Shown one piece after another: positions 1 through 8,752 of a DNA stretch of 64,000 nucleotides. The notes under the pieces were generated by a model, which was not told where the DNA came from, searched no databases, and worked only from the letters and a program-made list of their open reading frames with translations. The stretch spans positions 29,260 through 93,259 of the forward strand of contig JBFRWN010000027.1 in assembly GCA_051439605.1 (NCBI GenBank), in the 5' to 3' direction. A program made the position numbers and the translations under genes. Within the stretch, counting starts at the first letter, position 1, and the number at the start of each line of letters is the position of its first letter. Origin of the DNA: Synechococcus sp. GTDB lineage: Bacteria; Cyanobacteriota; Cyanobacteriia; Thermostichales; PCC-7336.

Positions 1-2
1 AC

Positions 3-1562
3 CTACAGCTGATGTCAGGGATCTGTCAAAAGCATGGTGGACAAGTCCTTAAATTTACTGGTGACGGGTTATTAATGCACTTTCACAGTGCCGTTCAAGC
101 CGTGGCTTGCGCGCAAGAAACCCAGCAAAGCATTGTGGAGCAGGCCAAAGATCTTGTCGAGACAGAGATCCTTTGGCATCGCATCGGGATTCATCTGGGG
201 GACGTTTTTCTCAGCAAGACCGATGTCATGGGTGATGGTGTCAACATTGCTGCGAGGCTTCAAAGCGAAGCGCAACCTGGAGGCATTTGTATGTCTAGGA
301 CAGTGTATGACGTAGTGAAGCGCTGTCTAACCCTCAAAGCAACTTATTTAGGCCCTAGAGATCTGAAAAACATTAAAGAAGCCGTTCATGTTTATCAAAT
401 ATTGATGGCTGCGATCGAAAAAGAGGACTCGATTCCATCGCTCTTTGATGAACAAGGACTCAATTATAATCCCGCTAATTTAATTCTTGATGAGACTGAG
501 ATATTGGATGTATATCCAAACTCAACGTCCCCCACTACTCCACAGAACGATTCATCCACACAAGAATCGCCAGTCGATGCGGTGGGTAGTCGTGCATTCG
601 CAGCTACTGTTGAAACAACTCAATTTGGCGAGGGAGCGAGCGAACAAGACTTTTCTGCATCTATTAGTCTCGATGGCCAAACTTCAGATGAAGCTGCATA
701 TCCAACCCCCTCAAACCTTCTCCCTTCCGATCTTCATAAACAGCTTGAAGTCACCTTGAATTCAATTCTGGGGCCCATTGGTTCTCTTGTTCTCAATCAA
801 GCCTTAAGAGACACATCCACGCGATCAGAAGCAGTCAACAGGATGATGCTTTCAATTCCCGCTGAAATGCAAGAAGATTTCTATGCGGCCGCAACTGAAA
901 TTGTGAGTCAGCTACCTCCTCATGTAAGCGAACATAACTCCCCTTCTTCAGAACAGGTAGAATCAATTAGTAATATTTCGGACGCTACCTCACAAGCCAT
1001 GCCGTCCAATCTTCCCAGAGAGCCTGAGGAATTAGAATTGACTGGCCGTGACATCTTCGCTGTGTCTGAATTCCAGAGGTCAGAGTTATGCAAAAAGTTA
1101 GCTGAATATCTTGGACCGATGGCAAAATTGACCTTGCAAAGTGCGGTAGAGTCAGCCAAAACCCCCCAGGATCTCGTCACTTCGTTACTGGAATGGTTGC
1201 CTGGTGATTGTCACGTATCGTTTCGTGATTTTTCAACCAATCTACTTTCACAGGGTAAGGGAATTGATACCTCTGCCCGTTGTCCTATCCAACCTACGTC
1301 AAGCACTCCTTCTATACGAAAGGAGCCGCAGTTGATCGAAATTGAACCATCAGTTGCAGACCCTTTATTCCTAGAGTTTTGCGAAACAGAGCTTGCCAAA
1401 CATCTAGGCCCGATTGCTGCGATCGCCCTGCAACAGGTTTTAAGTAATCCAACTCCCGCAAAGAATCGCCAAGCTATTGTCCAACAACTCGCAACTTACA
1501 TTACTAATCCAGACGATGTGGCAGATTTTCAACAAGTACTGCAACAGTGGACACAAGAATAG
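3..1562 (+). CDS. Class III adenylate/guanylate cyclase, 5'-truncated by the window edge, with a low-complexity linker and three C-terminal helical repeats
   Basis: Motifs KFTGDG, RIGIHLGDV and DVMGDGVNIAARLQ. The Lys and Asp specificity residues suggest ATP. The frame is open to the window start and the first catalytic Asp lies upstream. Confidence 0.9.
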   Translation, partial: LQLMSGICQKHGGQVLKFTGDGLLMHFHSAVQAVACAQETQQSIVEQAKDLVETEILWHRIGIHLGDVFLSKTDVMGDGVNIAARLQSEAQPGGICMSRTVYDVVKRCLTLKATYLGPRDLKNIKEAVHVYQILMAAIEKEDSIPSLFDEQGLNYNPANLILDETEILDVYPNSTSPTTPQNDSSTQESPVDAVGSRAFAATVETTQFGEGASEQDFSASISLDGQTSDEAAYPTPSNLLPSDLHKQLEVTLNSILGPIGSLVLNQALRDTSTRSEAVNRMMLSIPAEMQEDFYAAATEIVSQLPPHVSEHNSPSSEQVESISNISDATSQAMPSNLPREPEELELTGRDIFAVSEFQRSELCKKLAEYLGPMAKLTLQSAVESAKTPQDLVTSLLEWLPGDCHVSFRDFSTNLLSQGKGIDTSARCPIQPTSSTPSIRKEPQLIEIEPSVADPLFLEFCETELAKHLGPIAAIALQQVLSNPTPAKNRQAIVQQLATYITNPDDVADFQQVLQQWTQE

Positions 1563-1653
1563 TGGAAGTGCACGCAGCGGATTCCCTCCTCTGATGTTGA
1601 ATTAACCCGCGTCAGACGTTTCCGAGACCTGTCTACATTCAGAGTTGGAATCT

Positions 1654-2553
1654 TTACCCTTTTTGCTCGAGCATGCGCATTGCGACCACCAAACTGGCCC
1701 GCATGCGATTAAAAGCAGCTGCTAGCGTCCCGACCTCATCAGCAGAGGTATTGGCAAACTCTTCATCCATTGCCCCTTTACTAATCTTGTCGGCAACATC
1801 GGCCATCTGCTTGATGGGAGCCACAACTACTCGATTGAGAAAAATATTAGTCAGAATAAAAATCAGAACAAAGACGATTGCCACAATTCCCATCAAAATC
1901 ACAAACGAACGTACCGCATTTCGCACGATTCCACTGGCTGGCACCGATATCATTTGAGCCCCGACAACTTCATTCAACTGCCAGTTGAAACCATTGTCGG
2001 CCCCATAGGTATTAATCAAGCTGGCGGGTGCCGCACTCGGTGTGCTGTGGCATTGTAAGCAACTTTCTTGGGTGATGCGAATCGGTCTCGCAATGTAATA
2101 GAGTTTCCCCGACGGAGACGAACGATATCCTTTTAGTTCCCTGACATTCACCGACTCGCGAAACTTCTTGACAATTTCCGCTTCAAACCGATCGGCTTTA
2201 TCCCGCAAGTTGGTTGGATTGAGGGTGGCCTCCTTATAGAAAAACTCGCTGTATGCAGCATCGCTCCGCAAACCCTCAAAAACCTCTCGCGCAGAATAGC
2301 CAGGAACCGTCTGGGGTAAAAATTCTGCCTCAGATAGCAGCCGATCGGCCAATTCGGGTCTAACCTGAGAGCTTGTATAATTCCTTACGGAAACCATCGC
2401 TTGCAGCAAAATAGCTGCCTTCGATGCCACTTGCCCTTCAGCATTCCGGTTCAAAATTGCTGCAAATCCCGTACCCGTGGACAGAAGACCGATTAAGAAT
2501 AGGATGGCTAGAAGAATGTTGAACTTCCTGCCGATATTAAGCTTGCGCAGCAT
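1654..2553 (-). CDS. DUF3365 (Tll0287-like) c-type heme sensor with two TM helices and a HAMP domain
   Basis: CLQCH heme-binding motif, NPTNLRDKAD motif, two hydrophobic segments and a C-terminal HAMP (DEVGTLAAAFNRM). Confidence 0.85.
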   Translation of the reverse strand: MLRKLNIGRKFNILLAILFLIGLLSTGTGFAAILNRNAEGQVASKAAILLQAMVSVRNYTSSQVRPELADRLLSEAEFLPQTVPGYSAREVFEGLRSDAAYSEFFYKEATLNPTNLRDKADRFEAEIVKKFRESVNVRELKGYRSSPSGKLYYIARPIRITQESCLQCHSTPSAAPASLINTYGADNGFNWQLNEVVGAQMISVPASGIVRNAVRSFVILMGIVAIVFVLIFILTNIFLNRVVVAPIKQMADVADKISKGAMDEEFANTSADEVGTLAAAFNRMRASLVVAMRMLEQKG

Positions 2554-2607
2554 ATGTTCGCTTAGGTGGATGGTAAGCCTGTAATGAAACCTATCACTTA
2601 GACAACG

Positions 2608-3594
2608 TTGTTACTCTCTGCGTTAAGAATGTCTACTGCTGCCACCCACAATAACAAGGCACCTCGATCCTGCTGCTGGCTTGTCACCATTACATTGGCT
2701 GTAACTACTGCAGGAGGTCTAATAGAGGGTTGTGCTCCTCAAGAACCCGCTCAAACTAACCATGTCTTGATTGGTATCGTCGCTTATGGAGAGGGCTCCC
2801 TCTCTCTGGATAGGCTCGAAAGCTTTAAAGACTATCTCGGCGAACAAACGCAATCGACAATTGAGATTGAACCTGCGTTTAATGAAGTCAAAGCCCTAGC
2901 ACAAATTCGTTCGAGGCGATGGTCACTGGTCTTCGCACCACCGGGATTGGCAGCTACCGCCATATCTACTGCTCAATATATTCCATTATTTCCCCTCCAA
3001 GGAACCAGTAATACCGTTCGCTCTGTCATTGTGGTCCGAGACGATAGTTCCGTACTGGAAATTGAAGATTTGCAGAGAGAATCGATTGCGCTGGGGCAAC
3101 CGGGTTCGGCAACCGGCTATTATCTACCGCTCTACGACCTATTTGGCTTGACGCTTTCGAACGTTATTGTGGCTGCGACTCCAAAAAATATTTTATCTGC
3201 TGTTGCCTCTGGCGAAGTCACTGCCGGTGCACTTGCTAAAAGTGAGTACGAACATTATCGAGAGGACTTCGAAGAAACTCAATTTCGCATTCTTCACACT
3301 GGCCGCAGTTTACCGGCAGGTGTTGTATTGGTCGGTCCTTCTGTAGATAGAAATTTACAGGAGTACATTGTTCAAGCCATGAACCAAGCAACGCCCAATT
3401 TAGCCTCCAAAGCTGGATATATTCCTAACGCCAATCCACCCAACTACGAGTTTTTCATGGAGCTGATTGAAAAGGTCTCTCCCTATGAGCAAAGGATTTA
3501 CGAGATGCCCGCCAACTTATATCCCCGCATTCCTGCCAATTCCTTAAATGAAGATGATGTTGGCACTAATACCGTTAACGACAGTGAGAACTGA
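2608..3594 (+). CDS. PhnD/phosphonate-type periplasmic substrate-binding protein
   Basis: N-terminal lipoprotein-like segment (LIEGC), SVIVVR and IALGQPGSATGYYLP motifs. The start may be the ATG at 2629. Confidence 0.8.
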   Translation: MLLSALRMSTAATHNNKAPRSCCWLVTITLAVTTAGGLIEGCAPQEPAQTNHVLIGIVAYGEGSLSLDRLESFKDYLGEQTQSTIEIEPAFNEVKALAQIRSRRWSLVFAPPGLAATAISTAQYIPLFPLQGTSNTVRSVIVVRDDSSVLEIEDLQRESIALGQPGSATGYYLPLYDLFGLTLSNVIVAATPKNILSAVASGEVTAGALAKSEYEHYREDFEETQFRILHTGRSLPAGVVLVGPSVDRNLQEYIVQAMNQATPNLASKAGYIPNANPPNYEFFMELIEKVSPYEQRIYEMPANLYPRIPANSLNEDDVGTNTVNDSEN

Positions 3595-3788
3595 AAAAGT
3601 TCACTACCAATGTGAAACTTGGAAATCTAGAACCTTCCTGAATAACTTGCCAAGAAAGCATTCGTTTGAGAGCAGGTCTTTCGCTGGCGCAGGAGATCCA
3701 TGAGTAGGAGAAAGGGGTAGCAGGCAGATTAAGGCTGTTAAAGATGTTTGGTGACTTGTCGTGGAGCACTGGGTGAGAACTTAACACG

Positions 3789-3872
3789 ATCGAAGCAGGC
3801 TGCGATGACTACGACACCAAGCCGGTCGAAATCAAACGCCTCCTCAACAAAATCAAAGCCCTCCTTCCCTGA
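3789..3872 (+). pseudogene. C-terminal fragment of a single-domain (DivK/CheY-like) response regulator
   Basis: Manual translation IEAGCDDYDTKPVEIKRLLNKIKALLP*. There is an in-frame stop just upstream and no N-terminal half. Confidence 0.75.
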
Positions 3873-3999
3873 CCTCCATCAAAAAAACACCCAAAACCTC
3901 AGCTGTCCTTATCCCTCGACCCATTTGCTGTTGCGTTACTTCAAGGCATAGTAAATACAATCCCTTACTGAAGTCGAAATAGGCCAGAGCCCGAGACCC

Positions 4000-4242
4000 A
4001 TGACCACCGAACGTGAGTATCAAGAAGGCCAAGACCGCATTCGCCGTGCCCAAGGCCGTTCTGAATGGCTGCGTGGCCGCGCCAAAGGTTCCTATCCCCG
4101 TTCCTACCGTCCACCGACCAACCGCTGGGTGCCATGGGTCATCGGCGCGATCGTCGCCGTCACCCTCTTCGGTGCCATCAAATCCCAAAACAGCCGTCCA
4201 CCCCAACCGGAACGGACTGCCCCCGATAGCCGCCTTCTCTAA
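4000..4242 (+). CDS. Small hypothetical protein with one TM helix
   Basis: 80-aa ORF with ATG start, basic N-terminus and hydrophobic WVPWVIGAIVAVTLFGAI. Confidence 0.55.
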   Translation: MTTEREYQEGQDRIRRAQGRSEWLRGRAKGSYPRSYRPPTNRWVPWVIGAIVAVTLFGAIKSQNSRPPQPERTAPDSRLL

Positions 4243-4278
4243 ACATTAGTAAACGAATGTTTACGATAGATGTATGAT
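4240..4278 (+). promoter_or_regulatory. Putative promoter with degenerate HLR1-like direct repeats, a GTAAAC-N4-GTTTAC palindrome and a TATGAT -10 box
   Basis: TAAACATT-AG-TAAACGAA-TG-TTTACGAT with 10-bp periodicity. TATGAT at 4273-4278. Confidence 0.35.
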
Positions 4279-4304
4279 CTAGCTACCGCTAGAGCATTAC
4301 ACCC

Positions 4305-4478
4305 ATGATTGACGCTGATTTTGCTTCCCACCTGCGGTACGTCGAGACGCGAACTCCCGATGAAGAATGGTCGGCAGACCCCGACTGTGTTACTGCCCTA
4401 TTATTCTGTAGTGCCGTCAAACTGTGGAAACTTTGTCGGCATTGGGAACTAGAACATCCCGCTCCCAAAGTATCTTAG
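4305..4478 (+). CDS. Small hypothetical protein (57 aa)
   Basis: Manual ORF MIDADFASHLRYVETRTPDEEWSADPDCVTALLFCSAVKLWKLCRHWELEHPAPKVS*, just downstream of the putative promoter. Confidence 0.4.
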   Translation: MIDADFASHLRYVETRTPDEEWSADPDCVTALLFCSAVKLWKLCRHWELEHPAPKVS

Positions 4479-4519
4479 CCAGTTTTGACTATAGCGACTG
4501 TCAAGTCGATGAGGATCTC

Positions 4520-4640
4520 TCAGCCATTCAGAAGCCTGATTAGGCATAGATATTTCTGTCCTAACGGAATTGCCAAACTTAACAGTGCCGATTGAGTTAC
4601 TCCACTCCCCCGTTACACCATGCTGGATGGGGGCGTTTTA
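4520..4640 (+). ncRNA. Candidate PsrR1 (SyR1)-like small RNA; ends approximate
   Basis: GGCATAGA...ACGGAATTGCC segment, then a CCCCC-GTTACACCATGCTGGAT-GGGGG hairpin and T run. It resembles PsrR1 blocks as I recall them; not aligned. Confidence 0.45.
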
Positions 4641-4813
4641 CTGGGCGGTATTCTTGACAGCCCGCCAAGTCAACAAAATTCGTCCAAGTATTGAGAACGT
4701 CACAAACTTCCCGAATTCCTCCCTCTTTCTCCCCCATATCTTTCTCTCTCGCCCATTACGTTATCTATGGGTGGCGCAGGCATGCCCATAATTTGTTAAA
4801 GAGGGAAGACAAG

Positions 4814-5170
4814 ATGATGAGCTGCTCCTCATTCGAATCATGGCTGACAACTGCGATCGCTCGCGAGATCGAAGCCATATTGCCAACCTATCCCCGAGAT
4901 CCCTATCAACTGCTGTTTGCCGATGGCGACATCAAGCAAGAGCTGATTGAATACGTCCTCAAGCAGTTGCCTGAAGGACGATCTACGGAGCGAACTCCCG
5001 CGGGGAAGGGCAGCCCCAATCGGCAGACTGCCGATGAAAAAATCGACCAAGTGCGGGTTCTGGTTCACCTAGGGCTGACTGATGTATTGCGAGAGTATAC
5101 AGCTCGTTCTCGGGTGATTGCGATTGATGACTATCTCTACAACAACGAACCCTCCCATTGGTTTGGCTGA
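4814..5170 (+). CDS. Cyanobacterial ComFB-like (late competence development) protein
   Basis: EIEAILPTYPRDPYQ..F...DIKQELIEYVL pattern and terminal EPSHWFG. RBS-like GAGGGA lies before the ATG at 4814. Confidence 0.55.
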   Translation: MMSCSSFESWLTTAIAREIEAILPTYPRDPYQLLFADGDIKQELIEYVLKQLPEGRSTERTPAGKGSPNRQTADEKIDQVRVLVHLGLTDVLREYTARSRVIAIDDYLYNNEPSHWFG

Positions 5171-5219
5171 GGTACTGTTTGGCCCCTCCACGGCGATCGC
5201 CGCTCTCCAAAGCTATTGA

Positions 5220-5540
5220 ATGACTAAAGGTACAGGACTCATGACATCGAACTGGATATTTCATCTTGGGTTCTCGATCCCCACCATTCCAACTGGTTGG
5301 GGCTCCTCCCCTTTACCTTCAACCCCTGAAGAAGCCATCTACGAAGCTTGTTACAACCGTTTTATCCAGCGGGTTCATTCCATTCAGAAAATTGAAGCTG
5401 CAGGCTTGATTGGTCGTCTGCAATCCTACGATGCGATTTTGTTTTGCTGGAAACAGCTGCAGCGAGCAGAGAAAGACCTCGCTCTCGATAACGATTCGAT
5501 ATTTAGCTCCGATAACCCCCAGACGCAGTCCTATTCTTAA
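5220..5540 (+). CDS. Conserved-looking small cyanobacterial hypothetical protein
   Basis: F.QRV..I..IE..G.....SY..I...WKQL pattern seen in small cyanobacterial helical proteins. The start may be 5241. Confidence 0.55.
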   Translation: MTKGTGLMTSNWIFHLGFSIPTIPTGWGSSPLPSTPEEAIYEACYNRFIQRVHSIQKIEAAGLIGRLQSYDAILFCWKQLQRAEKDLALDNDSIFSSDNPQTQSYS

Positions 5541-6220
5541 AAGGGGGCTAGCTGCTTGAGGCGATAGCCCACTCCGCGAATGTTTTCGATCGCATCGGGG
5601 GGAGCTCCCACCTCTTTGAGTTTTTTCCTGAGTGCCTTGACGTGTGCTTTGACAGATTCTTCTACGGGGGGATCGTCGTAACTCCACAATTGACCCACAA
5701 TCGTACGACGACTCAAGACCCGCTGGCCGCTACGCAAAAACAGTTCCAACAATGAGAATTCTTTAGGAGTCAAGTGCAGTGGAACGCGATCGTAGGTGAC
5801 TGAGTAGGAGCTGGGATCGAGCTCCAATGCCCCCCACTGCAAGGCCGGTTGCGTAGATATCGGTCCCCGTCGCAATAGCGCTCGAATGCGCGCTAACAAT
5901 TCCGGTAAATCTACCGGTTTGACAACGTAGTCATCCGCCCCAGCATCCAAACCCTTTACTTTGTCAGTGCTGGCATCGCGAGCCGTCACCATCAAAACAG
6001 GAGTGCTGCAACCGCGCGCGCGCAGCATTTTGCAGACGGTTACACCATCTAACTTTGGCAACATGACATCCAGCAAAATGAGTCCGTACTCTTCCCGAGT
6101 CGCCATGTCTAGCCCGGCCTGACCATCGCCGACAACATCGACAATGTAGGCATAGCTTTCTAGCGCTTCTGCCAGCACTTCAGCTAGACGGGTATCATCT
6201 TCAACCAGTAATAGTCTCAT
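5537..6220 (-). CDS. OmpR-family response regulator
   Basis: MRLLLVEDD, LLDVMLP, GADDYVVKP, winged-helix IENIRGVGYRL. Confidence 0.95.
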   Translation of the reverse strand: MRLLLVEDDTRLAEVLAEALESYAYIVDVVGDGQAGLDMATREEYGLILLDVMLPKLDGVTVCKMLRARGCSTPVLMVTARDASTDKVKGLDAGADDYVVKPVDLPELLARIRALLRRGPISTQPALQWGALELDPSSYSVTYDRVPLHLTPKEFSLLELFLRSGQRVLSRRTIVGQLWSYDDPPVEESVKAHVKALRKKLKEVGAPPDAIENIRGVGYRLKQLAPF

Positions 6221-6540
6221 GGCCCAGGTGCAATTGCTTCGATTATGGAAATTGTGCTGACTGACACACGATATTGCCAATCACATTCGATCGAGCCCTT
6301 TTATTGATGCGGTCTACAATCAATAAACCGACAAGAACACAGTCAGTCGTAAGACCTAGTAACTTTTCAGATGTGAACCGGTGATTGTCCATTACCCGCA
6401 AAGGCTACAGCAATTTTATTATCTGGGCCAAAATAGAGACCTATAACGATTGCTAAATGATTCAAAACAAGCCTTTAGGTTGCTCAATATATACTCTCAA
6501 ATGATCTGAAAACTCTCGTGCTTAACTGCGTTACATAGAA

Positions 6541-8202
6541 ATGAAGCCAATCGACTCCCCTCCCTATCCCCCCGATATTGCTGAGGGGGGAGACCTAGAG
6601 CGATTTTTCACGCTGTCGTTAGACATGCTGTGTATTGCAGGATTTGATGGTTACTTCAAGCGTCTAAACCCCGTTTGGGAGAAAACCCTCGGCTACACCC
6701 AAACGGAGTTGCTGACCCACCCTTACCTCGACTTTATTCATCCCGAAGATCGCGAACGTACCATTGCGGAAGTACGAAAATTAATGGATGCAGGTACCAA
6801 CACGTTTGAGTTCGAGAATCGCTATCTCTGCAAAGATGGCTCCTACCGCTGGCTATTGTGGAATGCCACTCCAGCACGCGAACAACAGTTGCTGTACTGC
6901 ATTGCCCACGACATTACCACTCGTAAGCAGACCGAACTCGCACTGCAACGCCAATTGGAGGTCGATCGCCTGATTGCCAATATGTCTACCCGCTTTATTA
7001 ATTTGCCTTCCGAGCAGATCTCCAAAGGTATCGATCTCGCTCTGCAAGAGATTGGCCAATTTGCCCGAGTGGATACCTGTTTCGTATTGAGATATGCAGG
7101 CAACAGGACAATTCCTTACATGGTGCGTGAGTGGGTTGCAGAGGGTCTCTCTCCTCAGAGCCAACGCGCCCAAATCCTACCGCTCGAACTATTCCCTCCC
7201 GAGACATTTACTCAACCTCATAACCAGCTCCAACAGGGGAATGTTGTTGAAGTCACTAATGTTGCCGAGCGACTTGAAGGAGCTCCTGGCCAATCTTTCC
7301 CTTACCAAGCGTTCTTTGCAGTTCCGATGACCTATGAAGGAGAGAACGTTGGCTGGGTGGGAATTGGATACTTGAAGCCGATTGACCGTTGGTTGCCCGG
7401 TTTCAAGCATCTATTGAGAATGGTGGGTGAAATTATCACCAATGCCCTCCAGCGCCAGCAGGCTGAAACTGAGATCCGAGAGCTCAATCGCGATTTAGAA
7501 CAACGAGTATTGGAGCGAACAGAACAACTGGCTGCCACCAATCAGGAATTAGAATCCTTTTGCTACTCTGTTTCTCACGACTTACGCGCACCGTTGCGAG
7601 CGATCGATGGTTTCAGTCAGGCATTAGTGGAAGACTACGATGCTCTACTGGACGATCTCGGGCGAGATTTTCTCAAGCGCATTCGGTCGGCGACCCAACG
7701 GATGGGGAATTTGATCGATGATTTACTCGCCCTCTCTCGCGTCACCCGCCAAGAACTCCATATGGAAACGGTGGACCTGAGCGCGCTAGCAGCGGAGATC
7801 GTGCAAGACCTGCAACAGACCGATCGCGAGCGACACGTGGATATCGCGATTTCCCCTACACCCGTAATCCGAGGAGATGCCCGTTTGCTACGCATCATGT
7901 TGGAGAATCTCTTGGGCAACGCCTGGAAGTTTACGTCTCAAACTCCTCAGGCACGCATTGAATTTGGTACGTTACCCGACTCCGAGCAGAAGGTTTATTT
8001 CGTGCGCGATAACGGAGCGGGTTTCGATATGACCTATGCTAGTAAGCTGTTCGGCGCCTTTCAGCGGCTACATAGTGCCTCTGATTTCCCTGGAACAGGA
8101 ATTGGTTTGGCGACGGTGCAACGAATTATCAACCGTCATCGAGGTCGGGTGTGGGCCGAGTCCGAAGTCGGTCGCGGCTCGACATTTTCCTTTACCCTTT
8201 AA
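6541..8202 (+). CDS. PAS/GAF sensor histidine kinase
   Basis: PAS (FIHPEDR, ENRYLCKDG), GAF-like region, H-box SVSHDLRAPL, N/G boxes (NAWKF, DNGAGF, GTGIGL). Confidence 0.95.
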   Translation: MKPIDSPPYPPDIAEGGDLERFFTLSLDMLCIAGFDGYFKRLNPVWEKTLGYTQTELLTHPYLDFIHPEDRERTIAEVRKLMDAGTNTFEFENRYLCKDGSYRWLLWNATPAREQQLLYCIAHDITTRKQTELALQRQLEVDRLIANMSTRFINLPSEQISKGIDLALQEIGQFARVDTCFVLRYAGNRTIPYMVREWVAEGLSPQSQRAQILPLELFPPETFTQPHNQLQQGNVVEVTNVAERLEGAPGQSFPYQAFFAVPMTYEGENVGWVGIGYLKPIDRWLPGFKHLLRMVGEIITNALQRQQAETEIRELNRDLEQRVLERTEQLAATNQELESFCYSVSHDLRAPLRAIDGFSQALVEDYDALLDDLGRDFLKRIRSATQRMGNLIDDLLALSRVTRQELHMETVDLSALAAEIVQDLQQTDRERHVDIAISPTPVIRGDARLLRIMLENLLGNAWKFTSQTPQARIEFGTLPDSEQKVYFVRDNGAGFDMTYASKLFGAFQRLHSASDFPGTGIGLATVQRIINRHRGRVWAESEVGRGSTFSFTL

Positions 8203-8278
8203 CCATCCCAGTTCTCACCGCATTTATCACCCCGCGACATCACTATCGCGAAGTCAAAGTTACGTTCCTAGGCAGCCC

Positions 8279-8716
8279 GTGAATCACAACGCGATTTTGT
8301 TAGTTGAAGATAATCCGGATGATGAGGCGCTTACCCTGCGTGCCCTGAAGCGCAACCGCATTTCTAACGAGGTGGTGGTTGCACGCGATGGGGTTGAAGC
8401 CCTAGATATTCTTTTCGGTCGAGGGGACTCTGTCGATCGCTCCTTCCTTCCAACCCTGATTTTGCTCGATCTGAAGCTGCCAAAAGTGGACGGTCTGCAG
8501 GTATTGAGACAAATACGAGCGATCGATCGCACGAAATTGGTGCCCGTTGTCATCCTGACCACATCGCAGGAAGAACAGGATCGACTGGCAAGCTACAGCC
8601 TAGGGTGTAACAGTTATATTCGCAAACCTGTCGATTTTGTTCGGTTCACAGAAGCCGTTGGTCAACTGGGTATCTACTGGCTATTAATCAACGAACCGCC
8701 GCCCCTTCCTGAATAA
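8279..8716 (+). CDS. Single-domain response regulator (Rcp1-like)
   Basis: ILLVEDNPDD, LLDLKLPKVDG, NSYIRKP. GTG start at 8279. Confidence 0.9.
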   Translation: MNHNAILLVEDNPDDEALTLRALKRNRISNEVVVARDGVEALDILFGRGDSVDRSFLPTLILLDLKLPKVDGLQVLRQIRAIDRTKLVPVVILTTSQEEQDRLASYSLGCNSYIRKPVDFVRFTEAVGQLGIYWLLINEPPPLPE

Positions 8717-8752
8717 GTTGATTGGGATTAAAAAGCCAACTGGGATGGATCA

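Noticed and set aside
8036..8278. Long N-terminal extension of the single-domain response regulator given in the ORF track
   Set aside because: It overlaps the kinase in another frame. The receiver fold starts at the GTG at 8279.
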